This document shows, one piece after another, positions 33,408-42,241 of a stretch of DNA of 47,466 bases (positions are counted from its first letter, which is position 1; every line of letters begins with the position of its first letter). Origin of the DNA: Acidobacteriota bacterium (GTDB lineage: Bacteria; Acidobacteriota; UBA890). The notes under the pieces are model-generated. The model was not told the DNA's origin, did no database searches, and worked only from the letters and a program-made list of their open reading frames with translations. The stretch lies in the NCBI GenBank assembly GCA_050114655.1, contig JASFRZ010000001.1:1-47466 (forward strand), read 5' to 3'. A program made the translations under genes and the position numbers.

Positions 33408-36131
33408 CTAGCGTCCTCGACCACGCTTCGTGATGCCGCGCAACGGCAACGCGGGGTCGAGGGTGATTGCGCGCCACGCCGGCGGCACACAGGCGGCGAG
33501 CGTGACCAGCGCCACCACACCCGCGGCCACCGCGATGGTCGGCGCGTCGACCGGCGAGACCTCGAACAGCAAGCTTGCCAGGTAGCGCGTAACGGCAACG
33601 GCGACGGCGAGCCCCAGCACCACGCCGACAGCGGCCAGGCGCAGGCCCCAGCCGAGCACGTGCGCAACGATGTCTCGGCGTGTCGCGCCGAGCACCCGGC
33701 GGATGCCGAGCTCGCGCGTCTTCTCGGATACCAGGTAGGCAACGACACCATAGATCCCCGCCACGGCGGTCAACAGGGCGACCAGCGCGAAGGCACCGAG
33801 GAGCTGGGCCCGGAAGCGCTGCGGGCCGAGCTGGGCCGCGAGGGCGTCGTTCAGGACGATCAGGTCGGGCACCGGCTGCAGCGGATCGACGCCGCGCAGC
33901 GCAGCGCGCAACGACCCGGCGAGACGCTCGGGACCGATTGACGAGCGCACCAGCAGCACGGCGTTGCGCCCGACGGCGAGCTCCACCGGGTCGGCCGGGC
34001 GTTGCTGGTCGGGGACGTAGAAGCCGGGTCGCGGCGGCTGCCCGAGGCCGCGGCCGCGAATTGCTCCGACCAGCCCGACGACTGTCAGCCACGGCTCCTC
34101 CTCCGACATGCGGAAGCGCCTGCCGAGAGGGTTCTCCCCCGGCCAGGCGGCCCGCGCCATCGCCTCGTCGACGATCGCCACCGGCGGCGCGTCGCGCCGG
34201 TCGCCGTCGTCGAAGGCGCGGCCCTGCAGCAGCGGAATGTCAAGCACGCGAAAGTAATCCGGGCTGACGACGCCGTACTGGGCCGTGGCGACCTCGGATG
34301 CGCCCGCACCCTCGACCAGATACTCGCGCGTCGCGCCCATGGCGAGCGGCAGGTAGTTGCTCACCGTGGCCGCCTCCACGCCGGGTATCTGTGCGATGCC
34401 GGCACGCGCGCGACGCAGGAAGTCGTCGAGCTTCTCCATGCGGTCGTACTCCCGCTCCGACAGCCGCAACGACAGGGCCACAATGTCGGCCGTGCGGAAG
34501 CCCGGGTCCTGGCGCGACAACGAAAGGAAGCTGCGCCCCAGCAGACCCGCCGCGACCAGCAGGACGAGCGTCAGGCACACCTCGGCGATCGCCAGCCCTC
34601 GGCTGAGGCGATGTCGGGCCGGCGATCCTGTGGCGCCGCGTCCGCTCCCCTCGAGAGCCTCGTTGAGCCCGCGGCGGGTCGCCAGCACACCGGGAGCGAC
34701 ACCGAACGCAAACGCAATGACCATGCACACCAGTGCGGTGAAGGCGATGACTGGGACGTCTACAGTGGCCTGCGCGACCCGCGGCATCGTCGACGGAGCC
34801 AGCGCCAGCAAAATGCCGCGGCTGGCATAGGTGAACAGCAATCCGAGCGCGCCGGCAAGCAGTGAGAGCAGCAGGCTCTCACCGAGCAGCAGGCGCACGA
34901 GTCGGCCGCTCGAGGCGCCCAGCGCCGCGCGCACGGCGAGCTCCTGGCGGCGTCCGCCGGAGCGCACCAGCAGCAGGTTGGCAACGTTGGCGCAGGCCAG
35001 CAGCAGCAACACCGCGACCGCCGCCTGCAGCACCAGCAGCGGACGGCGCGCATCACCGACGAGGGTCTCCTTGAGGGTGGCGAGACGCAGGTCCCAGCGC
35101 GTCGAGCCGGACTCCTCGGGATGCTCGCGGAGAAACCGACCTGTCACGGAGTCGAGCTCGGCCTGCGCCCGCCGGACCGTCGCGCCCGGCGCCAGGCGCC
35201 CGACCGGGATCTCCCAGTTGAAGGCGCCGTCGGGATCGGTCGGCCGCAGCTCGAGGGGAATCCAGAGTTGCGGGTCGTCGGTACGCACGGTCTGCAGGCG
35301 GAAGCCTCGTTCGAGCACGCCGACGACCGTGCGCGGCTGCCCGTCGATGTCGATGGCGCGCCCAAGTACGTCCTCCGTGCCTCCGTACAGCCGTTGCCAC
35401 GCGCCGTAGCCGAGCACCGCCACCGGCGGCGCTCCGGAGCGCGCGTCCGAGGAGGCGAAGGCGCGGCCGCGCGCCATGCCGGCGCCGAACAGATCGAAGA
35501 ACCCCGGTGTCACCGCCGCCCCTTCGAGCTCGAGAGGCTCACCCGCCACGTTCACGATGAGCCGCTGCGGGTAGTAGCCGGCGATCTCCTCGAAGGCACT
35601 CGAAGACGCCCGCAGATCGAGCGTGATCTCGGTGGGCACCCAGACCTGCTCGACGGCGGCAAGCCGATCCGACTGTGGATACGGCAGGGGCGCCAGCAGC
35701 ACCGATTCGACCAGTGCGAAGATCGCCGCGTTGGCGCCGATGCCGAGCGCCAGGGTCAGCGCCGCGACTGCGGTGAAACCAGGCGACCGGCGCAACGCGC
35801 GGCCCGCCAGACGGACCTCTTGTGCCAGCTCGCCGAGCAGACAGCCGAAATGTCGCCGGCGGCTCGTGGGCCCGCCGCGACGGCGACCACCGACCCGCTC
35901 GAGCCACGCCGCGGCACCCTGTGTCAAGGCCTCGACGGCGGTGCGGGAGACGAAGACCGCGCGCCGCGGCAGCGATGCACCCTCGATCGCGCACCAGCGG
36001 CGTCGAACCACCTCGACCATCTCGTCTTCGTGCGCCGCCCGCAACGCCGGCGGGTAAAGGCGCAGCGCACGCCGGTACCAGCGTGCAACGCGTGGCTCGC
36101 GGCTCATCGGGTCGTCCTCATCATCCGACAT
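33408..36131 (-). CDS. MacB/FtsX-type duplicated 'ADOP' permease with N-terminal prefix domain
   Basis: 907 aa. A ~100 aa prefix is followed by LAGRALRRSPGFTAVAALTLALGIGANAAIF. Two FtsX-like 4-TM modules are each preceded by a periplasmic domain (second: LSRGLAIAEVCLTLVLLVAAGLL...). It lies 4 nt downstream of PadR. Confidence 0.9.
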   Translation of the reverse strand: MSDDEDDPMSREPRVARWYRRALRLYPPALRAAHEDEMVEVVRRRWCAIEGASLPRRAVFVSRTAVEALTQGAAAWLERVGGRRRGGPTSRRRHFGCLLGELAQEVRLAGRALRRSPGFTAVAALTLALGIGANAAIFALVESVLLAPLPYPQSDRLAAVEQVWVPTEITLDLRASSSAFEEIAGYYPQRLIVNVAGEPLELEGAAVTPGFFDLFGAGMARGRAFASSDARSGAPPVAVLGYGAWQRLYGGTEDVLGRAIDIDGQPRTVVGVLERGFRLQTVRTDDPQLWIPLELRPTDPDGAFNWEIPVGRLAPGATVRRAQAELDSVTGRFLREHPEESGSTRWDLRLATLKETLVGDARRPLLVLQAAVAVLLLLACANVANLLLVRSGGRRQELAVRAALGASSGRLVRLLLGESLLLSLLAGALGLLFTYASRGILLALAPSTMPRVAQATVDVPVIAFTALVCMVIAFAFGVAPGVLATRRGLNEALEGSGRGATGSPARHRLSRGLAIAEVCLTLVLLVAAGLLGRSFLSLSRQDPGFRTADIVALSLRLSEREYDRMEKLDDFLRRARAGIAQIPGVEAATVSNYLPLAMGATREYLVEGAGASEVATAQYGVVSPDYFRVLDIPLLQGRAFDDGDRRDAPPVAIVDEAMARAAWPGENPLGRRFRMSEEEPWLTVVGLVGAIRGRGLGQPPRPGFYVPDQQRPADPVELAVGRNAVLLVRSSIGPERLAGSLRAALRGVDPLQPVPDLIVLNDALAAQLGPQRFRAQLLGAFALVALLTAVAGIYGVVAYLVSEKTRELGIRRVLGATRRDIVAHVLGWGLRLAAVGVVLGLAVAVAVTRYLASLLFEVSPVDAPTIAVAAGVVALVTLAACVPPAWRAITLDPALPLRGITKRGRGR

Positions 36132-36135
36132 GCGT

Positions 36136-36483
36136 TCACCCGAGCCACTGGCGACCGAGTTCGAGCAGAGATTCCTGCCGCGCGATCTCGGCGCGCAGCC
36201 GCGCGAGCCCGTCGGGAGTCAGCCCGTAGGTCTTGCGCTCGCCGCCGCCGGAGGGCTCGTCCTCGGGCGCTTGCACCCGCTGCACCAGCCCTTCTTCGGC
36301 AAGGCCGTGGATCAGGCGATAGAACGATCCGGCGTTCATCTTCATGGCTCCGTCAGAGCGCCGTTCGAGGGCGGCCAGCAGGTCGTAACCATGACGCGGT
36401 CGCTCGGCGAGCAGCAACAACACCATGTACGCGCGCGGCTTGAGCGGCGCAGATGCAGAGGTCTCGCGCGGAGCGTCGTTCAT
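36136..36483 (-). CDS. PadR family transcriptional regulator
   Basis: Internal ATG 36483 with GGGAGG 9 nt upstream. YMVLLLLAERPRHGYDLLAALERRSDGAMKMNAGSFYRLIHGLAEEGLV...KTYGLTPDGLARL. Confidence 0.88.
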   Translation of the reverse strand: MNDAPRETSASAPLKPRAYMVLLLLAERPRHGYDLLAALERRSDGAMKMNAGSFYRLIHGLAEEGLVQRVQAPEDEPSGGGERKTYGLTPDGLARLRAEIARQESLLELGRQWLG

Positions 36484-36528
36484 TCTCGGTTGCCTCCCTG
36501 ACTGTGCGATGTGGGCTGCACGCGACAC

Positions 36529-36559
36529 TATGCAAAATGCAGCGTATGCAATTCGCATA
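36529..36559. promoter_or_regulatory. Repeat/palindrome cluster, candidate operator in the PadR-STAS divergent spacer
   Basis: TATGCAA occurs at 36529 and 36545 (16-nt period). The second copy lies in a 15-nt imperfect palindrome TATGCAATTCGCATA (36545-36559, one mismatched pair). The patch is AT-rich. Confidence 0.35.
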
Positions 36560-36659
36560 TACTTTACCAGGATCTGATGGCGACGCAAGAGCCGCTTGGG
36601 AGCGGCGACAGAATACAATCACCAGCGATGAGGGCAGCAGTCTGATAGCGTTTCCTGCC

Positions 36660-36998
36660 ATGGCCACCGAATGGAACGAGCGGCGTGCGGACGACGTGGT
36701 GATCGTCGACATCTCCGGCGCTTTGACGATCGGCACGCAGCATCTGCGCGAGCACTTCATCGACCTGTACGCGCGCGGTGAGAAGAAGATCGTGGTGAAC
36801 CTCGCCGGAGTGCCGTACATGGACTCCACCAGCGTCGGCGACCTCATCGTCGGGCACCTGCAGGCGGCAGAAAACGGCGCAGCGTTCAAGATCTGCAGCG
36901 TGCCGCCGAAGATCGTCGAACTGCTGACGATGCACCACCTCATCCAGGTCTTCGACCATTACGAGGACGAGGAAGCGGCGCTGGCCAGCTTTTCCTGA
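36660..36998 (+). CDS. STAS-domain protein (anti-sigma-factor antagonist-like)
   Basis: Internal ATG 36660. VVIVDISGALTIG...KKIVVNLAGVPYMDSTSVGDLIVGHLQAAENGAAFKICSVPPKIVELLTM matches the SpoIIAA/STAS pattern, including the D-S-(S/T) phosphosite context. Confidence 0.8.
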   Translation: MATEWNERRADDVVIVDISGALTIGTQHLREHFIDLYARGEKKIVVNLAGVPYMDSTSVGDLIVGHLQAAENGAAFKICSVPPKIVELLTMHHLIQVFDHYEDEEAALASFS

Positions 36999-37115
36999 GG
37001 CCCTCACGGCGACGGCCCGCCGTTCATCAGTACGTGTTTTCCGCAACGTCGCCGGCAAAAAAAGGGGCGGAAACCTCGGCACCTTTTCGCTAGGCTGGAC
37101 CCCACTGACGGCCGA

Positions 37116-37619
37116 ATGGACGCGCCGTCTCCTGGGGACAAGATGGCACCTTCCGCACTCGACGAGCACGGTATCCGTACGTTTTCCGGTCCCGGCGCAT
37201 GGGCCGGCCTTGCCGCTTCGACTGCAGTCATCGTGCTCGGCGGCCTGGGCATGATCTGGGGTGTGCAGCGCTACCTGCACGCGCTCGACGTGCAGGCCAG
37301 CACCTCGCCCGACGCCGCCATCGCGCGTGCCGGCGTGGCGCTCAAGTTTCTCGCCATGGTGCTCGGCACGCTCGCCGTCGCCACCGCGCTGTACACTGCG
37401 CGCTCCTGCGCGCGCGTACTGGCGGCGCGCCAGATCCCGCCGCCGGGCGCGTGGGTGCTCGGCACGCCGACGATCATCACCGGCGGGCGTGCGGTCATCT
37501 GGGGCCGGGTCGGCTACGTTCTCGCCGGATTGCTGGCCATCATGGGCGTGATGGTCACCTACATGATGTGGGAGTTCGTCAACCTGATGATGTCGGGGGT
37601 CGGCACGCTGGGGATTTGA
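37116..37619 (+). CDS. Hypothetical membrane protein (3-4 TM)
   Basis: Hydrophobic spans WAGLAASTAVIVLGGLGMIW, LKFLAMVLGTLAVATALY and VGYVLAGLLAIMGVMVTYMMW. No family recognised. An alternative ATG lies at 37143. Confidence 0.55.
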   Translation: MDAPSPGDKMAPSALDEHGIRTFSGPGAWAGLAASTAVIVLGGLGMIWGVQRYLHALDVQASTSPDAAIARAGVALKFLAMVLGTLAVATALYTARSCARVLAARQIPPPGAWVLGTPTIITGGRAVIWGRVGYVLAGLLAIMGVMVTYMMWEFVNLMMSGVGTLGI

Positions 37620-37620
37620 C

Positions 37621-38553
37621 TCAGCGCTGCTGACGTTCGAGCTCCTGACGCAGGACCTCCAGCTCCACCTCGGCCAGACGCAGCTGCGCTTCGGCCTCGG
37701 CAAGCGCGAGTTCGTACTGGTTGGCGGTGATCGGTGTCTCAATCCCGAGGCGCACCCTTTCCCGCACCGTATCCAGCTCACGCTGGGTGAGCTCGAAGCG
37801 CCGTCGCGCCACCTCCAGCTCACCTTCGGTGTCGGCAATGCGCACCATCAGCTCGGCTTCCACACCGGAGATCCTCCGGCCGACGAAGTCGTCACGAATC
37901 TCCAGCCGGCGCTGCAGGGAGCGGACTCTCTGCTCACGATCGGCGAGCGCCAGCTGCACAACCTCGAGCTGGGCGCGGCCGCCCGTTCCAATTTCGAAAC
38001 GTGTCCGCTCGCGATCGACCTCCCCCTGAACCAGCTCGAACATCTGTTGCGCGATCTGCAGCTCGACCTCGAGTCTTTCGGTGACGAAGTCGCGGCCGCG
38101 GATTACGGGCGAGGAAACTTCTCCCACCGGTTCGCGCCCACTTGCCAGCACCTCTTCGAGCTGGAGCTCGAGCAAGCGAAGCTGCCCCTCGCTGTCGGCG
38201 ACAGCCATGCGCATCTGCGCCTGCTCCTCCACACTCGCGCTACCCACAGCGGCGCGCCTCTCGATCGCAGCGGCTTCCTGCTCGATGAGCTCGAGGCGCT
38301 TACGGGCAAGCTGCAGACGGACTTCGAGGTCGGCTTGCGCAAGCTCGCGGCGCCACGATTCTTCGATCTGGTACGAGGCGCCCATGGCGGCTGCGCCCAA
38401 CGCCATCGAGACCACCACCACGGCCGCAACCCGCACCACCCGCCACGGCGGATGCCCGCTGCCGGCGTTGCGGTTGCGGCGGCGCACCTCGGCACCGATC
38501 TGCCATTCGAGGTTGTCGACGAACTGCTTATCGGCTTCGTGTCTGTCGAGCAT
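37621..38553 (-). CDS. Single-pass membrane protein with repeated coiled-coil hairpin units; candidate anti-sigma factor
   Basis: Overlaps the upstream ECF sigma gene by 26 nt. Short cytoplasmic N-terminus, TM segment VVRVAAVVVVSMALGAAAMGA, then ~250 aa of heptad-rich repeats (see finding). Confidence 0.65.
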   Translation of the reverse strand: MLDRHEADKQFVDNLEWQIGAEVRRRNRNAGSGHPPWRVVRVAAVVVVSMALGAAAMGASYQIEESWRRELAQADLEVRLQLARKRLELIEQEAAAIERRAAVGSASVEEQAQMRMAVADSEGQLRLLELQLEEVLASGREPVGEVSSPVIRGRDFVTERLEVELQIAQQMFELVQGEVDRERTRFEIGTGGRAQLEVVQLALADREQRVRSLQRRLEIRDDFVGRRISGVEAELMVRIADTEGELEVARRRFELTQRELDTVRERVRLGIETPITANQYELALAEAEAQLRLAEVELEVLRQELERQQR

Positions 38554-39094
38554 CTTCGTTTCCTCCGCTCGTCGCCCGTCCGGACGAGCCGGCGGGCTGC
38601 ATGACGCGGTTCAGTTTCTTTCTCAACTTGATGCGGGCGCGGCGCAGTCGCCCCTCGACGGCGCGCTCCGAGAGGCCGGTATCGGCGGCGATCTCGGCGA
38701 CGCTGCGACCTTCGAGGTGGAACGCGGCGAGCAGCTCGGCCTGCGAGCGGCGCAGCCGCGCCAGACCCCAGTTCACCAACGCCGCGGCGTCCGGCGTGTC
38801 GGGGGCGAAGCGATCGTCGGCGATGTCGAGCATCGCCGGGTCGACGGCCTGTGGCCGCATGCGCCGGAAGTGGCTCACCAGCACGTTGCGCGCCACGTGC
38901 TGCAGCCAGGCGAGCGGCTCGTCGGGCGCTCCACGACGCTGCCACGCGTCGAGCGCCCGCATCCAGGTCTCCTGCACGATGTCCTCGGCAAGACCGCGGT
39001 CGCCGCCGACGCGCCGGGAAACGAACGCGTACAACGGCGCGATCGTCTTGCGGTACTGCAGGATCAGCTCGTCTTCCGCTAGTCGGCGGCTCAT
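38528..39094 (-). CDS. ECF (group IV) sigma-70 family RNA polymerase sigma factor
   Basis: Internal ATG 39094. LAEDIVQETWMRAL (region 2) and LLAAFHLEGRSVAEIAADTGLSERAVEGRLRRARIKLRKKL (region 4 HTH). Confidence 0.88.
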   Translation of the reverse strand: MSRRLAEDELILQYRKTIAPLYAFVSRRVGGDRGLAEDIVQETWMRALDAWQRRGAPDEPLAWLQHVARNVLVSHFRRMRPQAVDPAMLDIADDRFAPDTPDAAALVNWGLARLRRSQAELLAAFHLEGRSVAEIAADTGLSERAVEGRLRRARIKLRKKLNRVMQPAGSSGRATSGGNEDARQTRSR

Positions 39095-39212
39095 ACCCTC
39101 ATGACGCGCGAGGCGGGGAAAACCCACGCATTTCTTTGGCGCGGCCCGCACGAGCGCAATCCTCAGTTGCGGCTGCGGCGCATTCGCTACGCCGTCCGTC
39201 GGGGAGCTCGAG

Positions 39213-40616
39213 CTAATCCCTCTCCGTCAGCAGGTACTTGAGGGCGAAGGTGCCGATCCAGTGCGAGCCGGCGTAGTCGGCGTCGAACATGGCGTGAAAG
39301 CCCATCGAGCCGTGAAACCGTGCAAGAGCGCGATAGGCCTCGATGCGCGGGTCACCGGGCGGCAGTGCCGCGGCGATGCGGTTCATCGCGTCAGCGCGGA
39401 TGAAGGCGAGCCCGATCAGGTGGGAGCGCGAGGCGAGCTCGCGCGTGGCTTCGTCGACCTCCTCCTGCTCGTCGCCCGCCGCCTCCGCTTCCTTCTCCTC
39501 CCCTTCCTCTGCAACGGCCTCTTCCTCTTCCTCCGCCGCGGCCTGTTCCTCCTCAGCGGGCTCGGTAGCGAACGCCGCCGGGGTCTCGTCCTCGACCGGC
39601 TCCGCGGCCCCCACCTGCTCCGGCGGTGTGTACACCGGCGTGGTCAGCGGCAGGAACTCACGCGAGGTCACCGGCGGCATGAAGTCGTCGAACCAGTCCA
39701 TGAAGGTCTGCTGGTCGAGCACTGCGGCCATCAGCGCGGCCTCCTCCAGGCAGGGCGACAGGAAGTCGGCTCCCCATGGCTCGTAGGCGGTGGGACAGCT
39801 ACGGTCGGCACCGAAGAGCCGGGGCGCCGCCTCGAAGATGGCGTCGTGCAGCGCCGTGTCCTCCATGATGTCGGCGTAATCGAGCATCATCGCCAGGGCA
39901 AAGGCGGTGTTGGAGTGTGCGCCGGAGCGCGACGGTCGCTCGAGGCGCGGCAGGTAGCCCACCATGCGCTCGGAAAAGAACGTCGCCAACGGCTCGACGT
40001 TGCGTGCCCATCGCGGCGCGTCGGGATGCTCCCAGGTGGCCAGCTCGGCGTACAGCTTGAGCAGCCAGGCCCATCCGTACGGACGCTCGAAGCTCGCGCT
40101 GGTCTCGAAGAACTCCAGCTCACCCTGCATCACCTGGCCGGAGAGATGCTCGCGCAGCTTCTCCTCGACCAGCCCGGCCACCGGCAAATCGGGAAACAGC
40201 TTGTAGATCTTGACCATCGCCCAGGTCGAGTTGACCGCGGAGTGCCAGTCCCAGCAGCCGTAAAAAGCGCGGTTGCGCTCGAATCCCGGGCGGCGCGCGG
40301 TGACGATCTCGTCGAGATAGGTGCTGCGGTCGCGCGGCGCGGCGTGCGGTCGGTCGAGGCACGAGAGGGGCATCGCCACCAGGGTGAGCGCGGTCGCGAG
40401 ATCCAGGTCGCGTACCTCGGCGGTCGGGATCTCGGCGATGAACTCCGCCAGCGTGCGGGCCTCGGCCATGCTCATCGCCGGTGCCACCGGCTCCTCGGTC
40501 TCGCTGTCGCTCACCAGGCGGCCGATTCCGAACCCCTCGCAGGCCGCCGGCACCACGGCCAGCGCCAGCACCAGAGTTGCCGTAGCCATCCGCTCCGCCC
40601 GTTCGTTGAATGCCAT
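39213..40616 (-). CDS. DUF2891-family protein with acidic low-complexity insertion
   Basis: Internal ATG 40616 (alternative 40589) and a signal-like ATATLVLALAVVPAAC. FYGCWDWHSAVNSTWAMVK...ERPYGWAWLLKLYAEL...GAHSNTAFAL matches the DUF2891 pattern. Insertion: EEEQAAAEEEEEAVAEEGEEKEAEAAGDEQEEVDE. Confidence 0.7.
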   Translation of the reverse strand: MAFNERAERMATATLVLALAVVPAACEGFGIGRLVSDSETEEPVAPAMSMAEARTLAEFIAEIPTAEVRDLDLATALTLVAMPLSCLDRPHAAPRDRSTYLDEIVTARRPGFERNRAFYGCWDWHSAVNSTWAMVKIYKLFPDLPVAGLVEEKLREHLSGQVMQGELEFFETSASFERPYGWAWLLKLYAELATWEHPDAPRWARNVEPLATFFSERMVGYLPRLERPSRSGAHSNTAFALAMMLDYADIMEDTALHDAIFEAAPRLFGADRSCPTAYEPWGADFLSPCLEEAALMAAVLDQQTFMDWFDDFMPPVTSREFLPLTTPVYTPPEQVGAAEPVEDETPAAFATEPAEEEQAAAEEEEEAVAEEGEEKEAEAAGDEQEEVDEATRELASRSHLIGLAFIRADAMNRIAAALPPGDPRIEAYRALARFHGSMGFHAMFDADYAGSHWIGTFALKYLLTERD

Positions 40617-40728
40617 CACTCCGCTCCACGCGATCTGTCCCGCTAACCCAGCCTTTCGCCCTCCAGGGGCGCATCGGCGACAATAGCAGGGTGTCCCGTC
40701 ACCCGTCAGACTCGACGAGCAACCCGAG

Positions 40729-42159
40729 ATGAGCTCCCGGCACCACGAGATCGGCGCCGCCGTGCACCCCGCGGCAGGCAAGCATACAGTCCTGGAGCTC
40801 GGCTACCGTCCGCTTTGGGAGATTGCCCGCGCGCTCATCGGGCGTGAGCCCGGGGTGGCGTTCCTCGATGCCGGCGGCAGCGGCGAGCAGGCGCGCTGGA
40901 GCGTGCTCGGCTGGCGGCCGCGACGGGTGGTGGCCTGGCCGCAGGGGAAACCGGGAGCGCTGGCGGCACTGCATGATTGCTTCGGCGTGCGCACGAACGC
41001 GACCGAACCGGTTGCCGCCGAGCCGCCGTTCTGCGGCGGTTGGATGGGCTGGTTCTCCTACGATCTCGGCCGTCACATCGAGCGCCTGCCGAGCGTCGCC
41101 CAGGCCGACCGCTCGATCCCCGACTTCATCCTCGGTGAGTACGACATGGTGCTGGTCGAGGACCGCGTCGCCGGCCGGCTGTGCGCCGCTGGTCGCTGCC
41201 GCACCTCCGCTGACGAGGCCGACATCCGCGACCGCGCCGCGCAAGCGCTGGCATGCGCTGAGCACGCTACCGAGTCCGCACCCTGCGCGAGGGACCAGGA
41301 CGCCCGGGTGCGCGACGGCGACGCCGCCGGGCAGGCGTTGCCCGTCGCGCTGCTTGACCGAGCCGGCTATCGCCGCGCCATCGAGACGATCCTCGAGCAC
41401 ATCCGCGCCGGCGACATCTATCAGGCCAACTTCAGCCACCGCTTCCGCACCAGCACCACGACATCCTCCGGGGCCATCTACGAGCGGCTTCGGGGCCACA
41501 GCCCGGCGCCTTTCGGCTGCTACCTGGGCCTTCCCGGCGCACCCGAGATCCTCTCGGCCAGCCCCGAGCTGTTTCTGCGCAAGCGCGGCCGGCGGCTGCA
41601 GACCCGCCCGATCAAGGGCACGCGGCCGCGGGGCACGAGCCCCGAACACGACGCGCGCCTGCTTCATGAGCTGGAGGCAAGCGACAAGGAACGCGCCGAG
41701 CTGCTGATGATCACCGACCTGCTGCGCAACGACCTCGGCCGGGTCGCCGAGTTCGGCTCGGTGCGGGTCACGCGCCTCCGTGAGCTCGAGAGCCACCCCA
41801 CCGTGCACCATGCCTACTCGGTAATCGAAGCGGAGCTGCGCGCCGGGCTCGGCGTCGCCGACCTGCTCGCCGCCACCCTGCCGGGCGGCAGCGTCACCGG
41901 CGCGCCGAAGATTCGCGCCATGGAGATCCTCGACCGGCTCGAGCCGTTGCGCCGCGGCCCCTACACCGGCGCCGCCGGATTCATCGGCGACGACGGCGAC
42001 CTGTCGCTCAACATCCTGATCCGCACGCTGGTGCGGCAGGGCGACGAGGTCTGGTACCAGGTCGGTGGCGGTATCGTTGCCGACTCCGATCCGGAGGCGG
42101 AGTACGAGGAGACGCTCGCCAAGGGAGCCGCACTGCACCGCGCCCTCACTGAAATCTGA
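40729..42159 (+). CDS. pabB: Aminodeoxychorismate synthase component I (chorismate-binding enzyme family)
   Basis: GDIYQANFSHRF, SPELFL, TRPIKGTRPRG, AELLMITDLLRNDLGRV, PGGSVTGAPKIRAMEIL and RGPYTGAAGF. Assigning it to pabB rather than trpE or another paralogue is an inference from size and the absence of trp neighbours. Confidence 0.8.
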   Translation: MSSRHHEIGAAVHPAAGKHTVLELGYRPLWEIARALIGREPGVAFLDAGGSGEQARWSVLGWRPRRVVAWPQGKPGALAALHDCFGVRTNATEPVAAEPPFCGGWMGWFSYDLGRHIERLPSVAQADRSIPDFILGEYDMVLVEDRVAGRLCAAGRCRTSADEADIRDRAAQALACAEHATESAPCARDQDARVRDGDAAGQALPVALLDRAGYRRAIETILEHIRAGDIYQANFSHRFRTSTTTSSGAIYERLRGHSPAPFGCYLGLPGAPEILSASPELFLRKRGRRLQTRPIKGTRPRGTSPEHDARLLHELEASDKERAELLMITDLLRNDLGRVAEFGSVRVTRLRELESHPTVHHAYSVIEAELRAGLGVADLLAATLPGGSVTGAPKIRAMEILDRLEPLRRGPYTGAAGFIGDDGDLSLNILIRTLVRQGDEVWYQVGGGIVADSDPEAEYEETLAKGAALHRALTEI

Positions 42160-42241
42160 GCGGCTTCGCCCCACAGCCGTTTGTCCCGTCCCGCGAACCG
42201 GGGGCCGGTGCAGGCGTGGTTTCCAGCGACCGCACAGGGCG

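Noticed and set aside
40699-42174. 491 aa - ORF
   Set aside because: It is antisense to pabB, whose + frame contains SPELFL, TRPIKGT, ITDLLRNDL, PGGSVTGAPK and RGPYTGAAGF.
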